The position numbers were made by a program, and so were the translations under genes. The notes below the pieces were generated by a model, which was not told the DNA's origin, ran no database searches, and worked only from the letters and a program-made list of their open reading frames with translations. 64,000 nucleotides of DNA, taken from positions 1 through 64,000 of the forward strand of contig QPMI01000032.1 in assembly GCA_004431415.1 (NCBI GenBank), written 5' to 3'. The stretch comes from Cyanophora paradoxa CCMP329. Its lineage: Eukaryota > Plantae > Glaucophyta. Position 1 is the first letter of the stretch. Every line of letters begins with the position of its first letter. Of this stretch, positions 36,484 through 48,500 are shown piece by piece.

Positions 36484-39400
36484 ATGTCGGCACAGGCTGC
36501 CGATCGGCGTTATTCACTCCTTACGCATGAATGGATGCATAACGTGCGCTTATGATTCATTATATATACGTCGAAGCTCATGATCATGCATGAAATTAAA
36601 ACGATGATACGCGTGTACGTGTGCAGCTTGTCGACCGCAAGTTCCGCCACGTGCGTTTGAATGTGTTCCGGGCGGAGCTGTATCTGCTCGCCTTCCGCTC
36701 CCGCAAGGTGCATTAATATTGATGTTGCTCAAGATCGGAGGGAGCTCGAGCTCCGCAGCCACATGCCCCCTGTTGAACGCTCGAGCTCTCAGCTGTACTG
36801 GAACCTGATATGGCACCTCGCGTTTTGTACGCTGTTCTTCGCGCTCATTCTCATCTTCCTCCCCACCGATACGGCGAACGAGGTGAGGTAGCTACAGGAT
36901 CTCAGCTGGATATATATGGAACTCTGCATACATATGCATGCTCACGCTTGCTCGCGCAGCACGCGTCGCAGCTGGCGGGAGAGGGCGCACTCTTCAACAT
37001 CATTCAACTTGGAAGCGACCCGGAAGCCTTCCTAGCTGTCTCTCAGGTGCGCATGCCGCGTTGCTGATCTTTAGCGCTAATTATAACTTTCGCGATTCAT
37101 GATCATGATCATTGACATCGATTCTCGTACTCGCACTCGCTTTCTGCAGCATGAAGATTTCTACAACTGGATCAAAAGGCGGTTGCTGCCCCTTCTGGAG
37201 CCGGACAGTACCCTTTCGGGATACATGTGCGCGTGCAATCGTCATCGAAAAACGTTGTCAAGGATCGCTTGTAAACATAAAGTCGCAGGCGGCCGGTGGG
37301 GCTCATTCGGATCCGTCAGGTTTGCAATACAAATTCGATGCTAATCATAAGAACATGTAGCTTACTATCATGCACATGATCACGATATAAAAAAATGCAG
37401 GTGCGGGTGAAGCCGAAAAGCGACTGCAACTCCAATCCAATCACTCTGGTATCCTCCGTCTTCTACCCCGATGCGTGCGCGATGCATGTGCATATGCAAA
37501 TGGTTGCCATCGATATGCATCTTGCCATCACCGAGTCGATATACATCTTCATACATATGGTGAACACGCGGTACCGCGCAGGCTGTGCTTCCCCCCATAC
37601 GATCCGAACAACCTAGATGAGCGGGCTCCAATCACTGGAGTTTTAACAGGCCAGATATACCAGTGGGAGGTGAGACTCCAGAAAGCCAGATTCTAAAACC
37701 GTCAACGTTGGCCCATAATCACGTCGTCTCCTGCAGCCGGAGCGGGCGTCGCTGTTCGGCTCCTACACCTACTGGAGCTCCTGGCCGTCCTACGGCAATG
37801 GCGGCTACGGCGTCAACCTCGACCCGCGCAACCACTCCGAGACGCTCCGAAAGGCACCAGTCTCCCCATGGCCACGGGTACCGCGTCGCTTCTGCTGACT
37901 TTAACGTTGAATTCGATTCCAGATCGAAGAGCTCGAGAGGGACAGGTTCCTTGACGGTGCGTGCTCTTTAATTTCTTTTAGATTGCGAGCTCGCAATTCG
38001 CAAGCCGACGGACTGCGACCGCCAACGCCCAGAGTCCACGCGTGCCGTTGCGCTTCACATGGCTTTGTACAATCGGCACACCCGCGTTTACGTGGTCGTC
38101 GACGTCGGTGCGGATACTTCCCGCAGCATTTCTATCTATAGGTCTAGGTCATGGGCATTGCAACGTTGAGGGGAATTGTACATGCTGCTGATGTTCATGT
38201 ACCGCGCAGGAGTTGAAAGTTCCGCTCCAGGTGCGATGGCTTCAATCCGCCCATCTGTACATGTGTTCCCGTCCGGGATTTCGAAGAAACCTCACCTGTT
38301 CCGCAACAGGACTCTTCGTGACTTACTACCGCGTCCGTCCAATGCGGCTGCAGCTGCTGGAAGACAGAGTATGGATCGGCTTTAGGAAACTTGCGTATCC
38401 CTCATCATCACGATCGCAATCGGCAGGCTCTCTTCGGATTCTGCATCCTCTTTATCATCGGAATCTCGTACTTTGGTTCGCGACCGCCGTCACAGTTCAA
38501 AGCGAGATTTGCGTGCTCTAAATTCTAATTTGTTCGCCCTGGACAGCCTTGGGCGAGGTCTGGGAGCTTGCCAAGTCGCTTCACGACAACAAGGGTCGAA
38601 GCTACTGCAAGGACCCCTGGAACTGGGTCGAAGTGAGAGAAACCGAGATTACCGCTCCTTTACTTTAAATTAGTATCCCTTATCCAAATCTGACCGTGGC
38701 CGGTGCCTTTCAGATCTCGATTCTAACGATCTTTGTCGTCGTCGTTTGCTACTGTGCTGACTTCATCGTACGTCGCGTTAACAAAATCTTTTCATCGCTC
38801 TGATTGCGACGTCGACGTCGTCATCAGCACGAGAGCCGACGCATTCGCGATGCCCTCGCGGCGGATGCAGTGAACTCCTATATCGATTTCCAGCAAGCGC
38901 GGCGCATTTCGGAGGTACTTCTGTAGCTATATATCATCTTGCACGCCGGATAATGCGGATCAAACGTCGCGATCGCACCTGCACCTTGCACAATTCACCA
39001 CACACGCTAACAATTACGATTTGAGCAGATCCTTACGGACCTTGTTGGCCTGAACATCCTCCTCCTCATCCTTCGTAGCTTCAAATTTCTTCGGCTCAAC
39101 TCAAAGCTCTCAATCGTGTGGTGCGCCAGCACTCCTGCAGCTGATCGGGTTTTCAGACATATCTCCTGTCAGCGCTTCCGCGGTCTGCGGAAACTGTCTT
39201 GCGATTAATATTCGCATCTGCAGGACGACCCTGAGCCTTGCAAAGTTCGATCTGCTCTCTTTCATCTCGGTCGCGATCATCATATTTGCAGCCTATGCCT
39301 TCATGGTTGGCAACCCCGAGGATTTACGTATATTTTGCTATCGCTGACGTCGATGGCTTCATCGCGAGCAGGGATACGTCGTTTTCGGCTACCAGGTTAC

Positions 39401-42400
39401 CCGGGTTCGCTACATTTGCGCACAATGAACTCGAATTTTGAAACAATCTCAAGATCGATCGCTTGGTTTTTAATTTCACCACAGTTCCGGAACTTCACCG
39501 CCTCTTTCGCCGCTCTGTTCCGCTTCATTACGGGGTTCGTGGACATAAGACCTCTTGCACAATCGCCTGATGGCAGCCGCCAGCGATTCGGATTACGAAG
39601 CGATCCAGGCGTCAAGCCCGTTCACGGTGCGCGATTCCCTAGCCTAGCCTCCGCATTGAAAGTGGAGCTGAAACGCATGAACGCAATATTCCAGGGCTAC
39701 ATTTTCTACACCACGTGCGTGGATTCGGCTAGCGCTGTCTAGATCTATCTCGTGTGCATTCTTGTTTACTAAACCTGTCTCAGATTCGTTCTCTTCGTCG
39801 CCTTGGTGCTGATCAACATTTTCATCGCCATCGTGGTGAGCTGGCTTTGATCTCCACTAGTCTAGGTATTGTTGTGTTGCTTGCGGCTACTGACAATGAA
39901 ACTCTTCAGAACAAATACTACGAGTCGGCACTAGACGCGGAAGAGATCATCGACAATCAAGAGAAGGAACTTCTGTGAGCGCCTCATGATCAAAACCCTG
40001 TCGATAGCTAGCTAGAGCTTCTCTCTGCACTTTTCTTTAGCGCGCACCAACATCGCCATTTGCAGAGGTCCAAATCGCATGCATGACTTCCAGCGGCTAT
40101 TGTTTCCGCCGTTCGGGGAGCAATTCAAGTGCTTTGCAAAGCGCATTGAAAAGCAAACGGCTGAGGCATCCGCATCCGGAAATCAACTCGGCCGAAAATC
40201 GTCGCAGGCATCCGTCGAGACTCCGAAATACATATACGTAAGCGCCATGTTATTTCGAGAAGAGTAACTTCGAGCCGATTCCATAAGAAGATTTGGATCG
40301 AAAAGCGCGAACACAAAGTCGTCGTCAAAAGCGAAAAAAAAAGTGATGGCGAAAAGAAGAGCGATGGCGAAAAGAAAAGTGATGGCGAAAAGAAACTCGA
40401 TTGCAAGTGCAAGCAGATGTGCGAAAGCCATCCTGAATTCACGCTGAAGTGCGCAAGCTACGCTCTATTCGTCACAATTTCAACACCAGAGCTCGTCCTG
40501 AACTCGCGATGTCGACAGAGGCTCGGATGGTTCTCGGCGTTTCCTTCTTCGCAACATTGAAGAGGTGATCGATATTAGTGGAATTTAAACCCCCCGGATT
40601 TGCTGATCGAAATGGCATACATTACAATGATGGCGGATAATCGAAAACAGGATGACGAGCTTATTCTGGAGGTGGCATGATTTGATCCTCTCTGCAATGC
40701 CGTCCGCGTCAAACAATAACCGATGCTTGCTTGCTTTCAGAGCTCAAGATATTCCTCCGACGCAAAGGATGGAGCTCGAGGAAGGATCGCGTGCAAAATA
40801 ATACAGGTCTGCCTCCAGATCGGGCGCGATCTTTCTGCGACGTCGACGCGCACAAGCTTAAGAGATCACGCTGAAGCTCGATGTGCTGACTGCCCTTAAA
40901 TTTCTTCCACACAGATTGCAAGCAACGAATGCGGGCGGTTCATCAAACTGGAAAACACCCACGAATCATCCCTCGGGGTATGCATTGTGTTCCTGCTTGA
41001 ATGCTTTTATTGGACCCGACTGTTTGAGCAGCCCCACGCATTTATAAACATCCGGATGCCGGTTTTCCAGGCGTGGTTCAGGGTGCGCGCGACACGCACA
41101 CTATGCAGAATGCATTTATCAAGCAAGCGCGCGAGCAGGTGATCTCTAAAATGCTGATGCCGACCCGATCCCGGTATTCAAGGTTCGCAATCGGAGCTTG
41201 CTTGCTTTCTGCTTCTTTATCTACAGGCGCCGGCGTGACAAGAACAACAGGGCGCGGAAACTGCTGCGGACAATCCGGGATCCCACGACAGGCAAAACCG
41301 CTGAAGATACATCACGATGGTCGTGGGAGAAATGGTTCGAAGCTGCCAGTGTGCATTCTTCGAGTTCAGATTTAATCCGAACTGATAGGTGGGATCGGTG
41401 GTTCTACCAAGGTATTCTCGACGAGGACGAGGTGAGGCTCTGGATCTTTGTTCTCGCGAGGTCAAGGCGAACTTGCTAGATGTGAACGTTTACCAAACGC
41501 ATGCGCACCCAGATCGAAGAGACGATTGAGACTCTGGCGCGAGAAGCCCGAGACGCCCGGAAAAAGTACATGCCCGACGAGGTAGGCTCAAAGGCTCAAT
41601 TGAAGACAGCAGATTCTCACCCGTACGCGTTCGCGATCGTGTGTGGCCAGAATTTCTTGCGGACGTTTAGGATCGAAGACGTGCTTCAACAGCTATACCG
41701 CGTGCGTTGAAGCTGCGCTCTATAATAAAAAAGAAGACTCAAGCTTGATCTGCTTGATCTGATGCGCAGCTGGATGAAAGCCTCAAAAAGGAGGACGAAG
41801 AGAAGACAAGCGGCCAAGTGCGTCGGCTGATCGAAATCGCAGTGAACCTGGATTTGTGCGTGCACATATGTACTTTGCTACGACATTCATGATCGATTTA
41901 GACTGATATACATATCGCCGTGCTCGGTGCCGGTACCGGTGCAGCTTGTTGAAGGAACTCCGCGATTGCGCCGAGCACGCTCACGACCACAAAAACCTTT
42001 GCGACGACAAGCACACACACAAGCATCACGCACACGAGAACGGCCACGCTCATGATCACCACCCCCATCCTGCGCACGAGGAGAAGCAAAAGACACCCGA
42101 AGAGGAAAAGAAGGAGCAGGAGGAGCTCGAGAAAAAGCAGAAAAAGGAACGGGAGGAGCGCATTGCACGAGTCAACACACTGTACCGGAAGGTGACCCGC
42201 CACCAAATTTAATTTTCCGAAATTTATGCTCGAAGCGCTAAGAGGGCGTCTACCAGAGCATTGCGGAAGCGGAAAGTCTGCAAAATGGGCTCGTGCAGCT
42301 CCGCCTGTCCCAGCTCCATATGCCGGCACGTGCACGTTATCTTTACCTGCGTCTCGAGCTCACTTTTAACCAATCGACCGCATCCACAGGTGAATCGAGG

Positions 42401-44565
42401 CACCGTCCGTCTTGACGAGTGAGCCACGCGACGCAAGCTTAAGGATACTTGCTTCGGGGCTCAGTTGGCGTGCATACAGGCTTTTCAAACAGATCCGATG
42501 GGACTTGTCGAGGGTCTACGGGCCGGGCTTCGACTCTGATGCGGACATCAGACGGGTTAGTTGCTCTGCGCTCGCCCTGTTCTAGCGCTCGATATTTAAA
42601 CACGCATTGCAGGGAGCACTATTCCACTTCTGTTCGTTCCCTGAGGACTGCTTCGAACACGTGGTCCGTTCATCCGAGGACTTCGAATTCCTTGTTCTCG
42701 GACGTCCGTCCTCCTTCAGCTGGTCACGCTCGCGATCGTCTCCAGAACATGCAGGAGGAGATTGATTGGTATCATCCGCACAGCTTCGATGTGTCCGAGT
42801 TTGAAGATACAGACAGGTGCTTCGCAACCGCTGGCCATGGGCATGCCATGCAAACCATAGATTGAAAACTTCATATGCATATCAAAAGTCTTGTCTCATG
42901 ATCCGCTGACCACATACGGGTGGAACACTCGATCAGAGACCCTCAGTTTCAGCTGAACCACATTATCGAAATCATCGGGTACGGAGAATATTAATTATAA
43001 TCAATAACGATCAAAGCTCTTGTAGTTGCTGGTCCTTGAAAGCTCACCCTCGGACAGCCTCATCGTTCACGATGTCTGGGCGAAGCCCAAGATCGACGAC
43101 GGATACAAGTACGCTGAAATACGAAACGATGACAAGACAAATCGGGTGCGATGCGTTCATTCTATTCCCAAACTGCGCATTGACGTACGCATACTACGAA
43201 TACCTGGCGACAGGCGACTCTTCGGCACCCGCAACTGAAGCCTTACGATGTCCTTTCTGAGTCAGAGAAGGCGTACGACAAAAGTGCCCCTCTGAAAGCG
43301 AAGCCCTACAATGTGGGTGGCTTTATCTGACGTCCCGACGTCGCAGACATGGCGATCGGAAGCCTGCGCCTGATTTCGGCCCTTGGGTGCGCTTTGCAGT
43401 GGATGCATATGCAAGTTGAAGTTTCTCAAAGACATCAATCTGACGTCGCCGGTCCCCGCGAACGGCAGCTACTCAATTATCTGGCCCCACGATCCAGCAC
43501 TCGTTCCGATTCCAAATTACAAGACCGCTCAGGAGAGGCTCAGGGTTCTGAAGAAAGACAATGGCGCCCCGTGCGTTAACGTTCTTTTTTCCCCCGAAGT
43601 TCGCGCTTCGAATTCTAGACCTGAAAATTAATATGCGCATCACCTACAGCTACAGCTACATCACCGACTGTAGCTGCCCGATTACTCCTGGATTAAGCAA
43701 GGACGCGTACTACTTGAAAGACGTACGCAAATCTAGACGTCTCGCGATCAGCTCGCTGTAAATCAAAACCTCGAGCCTGATCATGAGAATTTCGCTCTCG
43801 ACAGCTGCCGTCCCAGAACCATGGCCAGGGGGCCCCGGAACAATTCGACATTGAACTGAAGGAGCTGGTTGAGTTGATGGCGGAGGCGACTCACGACATC
43901 TGGGCTAAGAGCCGCCGCGCCGAGGGGCTGGTCTACGGCGAAACGAACTCCTCAAAAACTTCGTAGTAAGTGCCTTCGGCATACCTACTCTTAGAGAGCA
44001 CTGCGCATGCATGTGCTCACGATCACTGCTTGCGTGCACCTTCCTCGATTAGTCTTCTGAAGCCGTGTGAGTACTTTCGAATTCGATCATAAGTAATGCA
44101 GTTATCACATACGCATTTAATGATCAATGAACGTTCGCAGACGGGCTCATGACTGACGAGGAGAGAAAATCTGATCGCGCTACTGTTCGTGCACTTTTGT
44201 GGCATGAATTTGCGTTCGTGGAAAGCACACTTAGATGCGTGTACGTGCAACTGCAGGTGGAGTCGACCCTGAGGACCATCAAGGCTCTGGGCTACGAGAT
44301 CAAGCTGAACAGGGACGTAAAAGCAGTCTTCGGCGTCACGCGCCGCGATTTCAACCCGTGCGACCCGCCCCTCAGAGGTCTAAAGCATCCGACGGTCACG
44401 ATCGCGTTCAAACCAGCCATCGCGCGCGCGCAGACTCAACTGGAAGGCCAAGCCCAAGAAGGCGGCGCACCCGCCGCCGCCCGCGGCGATGGAGGACCGG
44501 CCACGGCTCCAGCAGCCGCTTCCGGTCACGGACCCGAACCACGTGACGCTCCAAGTCGATCGTGA
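36484..44565 (+). CDS. Polycystin-2/TRPP-like cation channel with C-terminal tandem RyR repeats (PKDRR-like)
   Basis: S1 LIWHLAFCTLFFALILIFLP. TOP-domain motifs DFYNWI, VRVKPKSDC, SYGNGGYGVNL, LERDRFLD..TRAVALHMALYN. S4-S5 LLLILRSFKFLRLNSKLSIVWTTL. Pore FRNFTASFAALFRFITG. S6 FVALVLINIFIAIV|NKYY. Two RyR repeats follow. The exact start and 3' end are approximate. Confidence 0.88.
40335..40396 (+). repeat. 18-bp coding repeat (KKSDGE)x3 in the channel cytoplasmic tail
   Basis: aaaagtgatggcgaaaagaagagcgatggcgaaaagaaaagtgatggcgaaaagaaa. Confidence 0.75.
42935..44305 (+). other. Two RyR repeat domains
   Basis: Repeat 1: LNHIIEII..LIVHDVWAKPKIDDGYKYAEIRNDD..RHPQLKPYDVLSESEKAYD..MAIGSLRLISALG. Repeat 2: LKELVELMAEATHDIWAKSRRAEGLVYGETNS..LMTDEERKSDRAT|VESTLRTIKALGYEI. 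Confidence 0.9.
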
Positions 44566-45519
44566 ACCCGCGCGGTCGGCTGGGCCGTACGTTCGGTCAG
44601 CCATCACCAACATGCCGGCGAAAGTAAACATGTAGGTGTACGTCCAAGCTTAGGCGGTGCCACGTAGAATCATGCACGTATATGTATGTAGATGCACGTG
44701 CACGCACATGCTGCGAATGCCGCCGCGCCCGCAGTGCGGAAGGACCAACAAGCGCGAATCAAGATCCCAGCTGTGAAACGAGTTTGGCCAGAGGGGGAGG
44801 TTGGGGGGAGGCGTCCTCTCCGCCTTAACGTTGTCGTTTAGGTTAAGAAAGGAAGGGGCGGGGACCTGAAAAGGGCGCTGGGAGGGAGGGGATCCGGAGG
44901 GGATGGGGGGTGGGGGGCGCCCATCGACCCAGGCTCGGAAAGAAAGGGCAGATGGGGGAGGGGAAGGTTGGGGAGGGGGGGGGGGGGGGGAAGGGGCGGG
45001 GACAACGGAGTAGAGGAGGTAGCGGGATGCGCCCTTCGCCCCCACCCCCGGCCCGCCTCGTGCTCTACCTCGTCCTCGTCCTCGTCGTCCCGCCGGAGCG
45101 ACGGCGATATATGTGCGGAATATAATAGAGATTCGAATAATATAATAGTGATATGCGGAATAGTGTAGCTCCACACGCGGCCGTACACATAACAGATCCC
45201 ACATTCGAATTCAGCCGAGTAAGGCTCGTGCTCATGACTGTCGGTCACATGCAGCTGCAGACACATCATGCCATGATAGGAAGACATCGATCAGGGCTAA
45301 TTATAAGCTATTCGAATTCAATGATCATGACAGTCGTGATCGTACGCCTCTTCCTGCGACACTTGAGCTCCGGATCCGAATGTTGATCTTGATTCGATCC
45401 TATGAGCGATATCAAGCTATTGCTATAGCTATCTTCGAGATTGTACGCGTCGTCGTCCGGATGCAGATTTATTCTTAGACCGCGGCTGCAGCTGCAGCTT
45501 TGTCCAAGTTTATTCACTC

Positions 45520-48500
45520 ACTTTGCCGGAACGCGGCTCGCACCATTCGCCAGAGCTCACATGCCCGCGCTGCAGTTGCGAGGTGAGGCAGAGAGCGAGA
45601 AACTAAACGGAGCGCAGGGTTCGACGAACCTTTTCCGACGCGACGCAAGATGGGCGGGGCGAACGCCTCGACCCAGGCGCGCAGGGCGGGCACCGGCAGC
45701 GCCAGCAGCTGGCACCGCTCCTCCACCGCCAGCGTGTGCGCTGCGCGGGGTACAAAGATACGTAAGCGGCGGCCTCGGATGGGGCCACGATTTGGCCATA
45801 TACATGGACGGGCCGCACTGGCGAGTGTGGCTCCGTTCTTGACGAGGATGGCCTGCATGGGGTTCGGAGAGCCATCGATGCGAATATTAATCCAACGCGC
45901 AATGTGCCACAGCATCCAAGCATGAGCGCGCACCTCGGTGTTGAAAGAATCATGAATCACCGGGGCCGAGGGGCATCACGTCGGCGGGGGCTTGGTTCCC
46001 AGCAAGCGATTCGCGCCATTTCCACGAACGCTTGCGGTCCAGATCGTTGAGAGCGGCTGGCACCTGTATCGTGGTATCATATTGCACTGACGTGGATCGC
46101 AGAAACCTGGCCGTAGCCATAGTCTCTTCTCGCTCCCGTGTTCGCGTCACGCGCGCACGCCCCGTCCGCTCGATGCTTTGGCGCCGGCCGCGCTCCCTTC
46201 GTAGGGCAAGTTTGAGGGCAGATGGATCGAGCGACGCCCGCCGATTGCCAGATCGGCATACTCGTGCTGGGGGAGCCGGTTGCTCGAACGGCCTGCTAGA
46301 GAGAAGATTTGTGCAGGAAAAATCGGCAGCTGATGTCGAACATGGCCAAATTAACTTGCGTGTGGCCATGCTCACCTCCGGCGGCGCAGGCTCGAGGCGC
46401 TGCCGGAGAGGACGAAGTAGACAGTGCCGCAGGGCTCCCCCTCCTCCACAACGAAGCTGCCCCGCTCCACCGTCACGATCAGTGAGTGCCTGGCATAGCG
46501 GCGCGCGCGAGCTCGAGGCATCAGCGCTCATCGGACGACGACGCGGCGCGAACACGGGTTCGAGCCCGCACGGCCGTGGCGCGCACGCGAGGAGCCCGTC
46601 GAAGGCCGAGTCGGGGAGGGCGGCGCCGTGCTCGTCAAAGAGCGGCAGCGCCCTCAGCTGCCCCACCGTCGCGTGCGCCTCCTGCCGAGGCGCCGTTCAG
46701 AGAATTAAATATGGCTGGCCGTGGCGCAGTGTGCCATTATTTCGAATATTTGATAGCAGCGCTAGCTGCATCAGCCTGCATGCACAGTCCGCTCCGGAGC
46801 GAATCCGCCGCCTCATCATCTAGAAAGCGCCGAGAGTGCACGTACCTCGGCCTCGGCCGCGCTCTGCGCGATGCGGTACAGCTTCCGGTAGAGGCCGCCG
46901 CGCCGCGCCAGCAGCTCCGCGTGCCGCCCTTGCAGAGTTGGCAGAGTTGGCAGAGTCGGCAGAGTCGGCAGCGCCGCGGCGCACGGCCGCGCGCACCGGT
47001 CTCGGCGACGCGGCCGCTGCCGAGGACGACAACGAGGTCCGCCTGCACGTGCGCGTGGCTCGCCCGATCACGAGCTCGAGCTCGAGGCCGTCGCAAGCAG
47101 CGCAGGGACATGATCGTGCTCGAGTGCCGAGGAGTCGCGTTAGGGCGCGCGCGCACCGTTTCGCAGCTTGTCAGACGGTGCGTAATCTGGATCACAGTCC
47201 GGCCTTTCGCAAACTGAGGGCAGAGGTAAAAAGGCCAGAAAGACACAGAGACGGGAAGCTATTTTATAGCACTTGCCTCCGCGATGGTCTCGTTGACGAC
47301 TCGCTCCGTCGCAGCATCTGGGAGACCCCCGGTCCGACGTACCGAATAATACGTACCGACGAGGCCGGGCGCGTCACTCGCCCAGGGCGGACGTCACTTC
47401 GTCGAGTAGCAAGACCGACGTCGACGCGTTTGCAACCAAAGCCCGCGCTGCGCCCTTCGACTCAGAATCTTGATATATATCGACGAACCGGACGCCGGAA
47501 ATTTGAATTGCAAGGCAAGCGCATCCGGACCGAGGGCAATGCGCTGGCGCTGGCCTCCGGAGAGCTCCTTCGACGCTATCACCGTCAGATACCCCTGTCG
47601 AGAGGTGTTCCATTAATATTGGTCGAGTCTGAATATATGCTGGGACACGAAGCTTGCAACTGCAAGGCGCACCTGCGGCAGGCCGAGGATTGTCTGGTGC
47701 ATGTGGACCGCTTTCGCGGCCTCGATGACCTGCGCAGAAGGGGACGATCTAATAGGGAGCAGTCGAAATGTGCCGCGGCGCAGCGCTAGCGGCGCACGTC
47801 CTCCTCCGTCGCAAGCGCGTTGCCGACGCGAATGTTGGCGAGGACCGTGTCCGCAAAGATGTGCGGCGACTGCGAGACGACGGCGAGCTGCGGGGGCGCG
47901 ATATCGATATCGATCTGAGTGGAGAGCCGGCGTACGCGCGCAATGCATATGGCAGGCTGTGCCGCGGGCACCTTTCTGCGCCAGGTGTGGATGGGCTCGG
48001 ACGCATCGCTGACGCGCTCCGCCCCCGCGAAGAGGGCTCCGTGCAGCAGCGGGACCGAGCGGCAGAGGACCGAGAGGAGGGTGCTCTTGCCGCACCCCGA
48101 AGGCCTGCGCATGCATATGCCCGCGGGCCGGGCCGCGCGTCCGACGGTCAGTCTGTGTACAGCGCATGGCCACGAATACTGCGCTGGAAGACTCGCCCGA
48201 CGACGCAAATTTTCTTGCCGTGTGGGATCGTGAGCGAAAGGCCCTGCGCACGAACTCGAAGCGGTCACGTATCGGTATCTCGAGGCGGAATTCAAAATTC
48301 ATTAGAGTAGGCCACCGTACGCGCGAGCAAATTAAAGCTAAGTACCATACCTTCAGCGCGTAGCTGTCCGCGGCGGGGTGATGCTTCACCCAGGCGTTCT
48401 CGACGCGGAAAGCCTGCGGGCCGGGGCCAGCGAGAAGGATGGGAGGGATCCGATGGGAGGTTAGAATTAATGATACCAAGATGTGGATGAACCCAAATTT

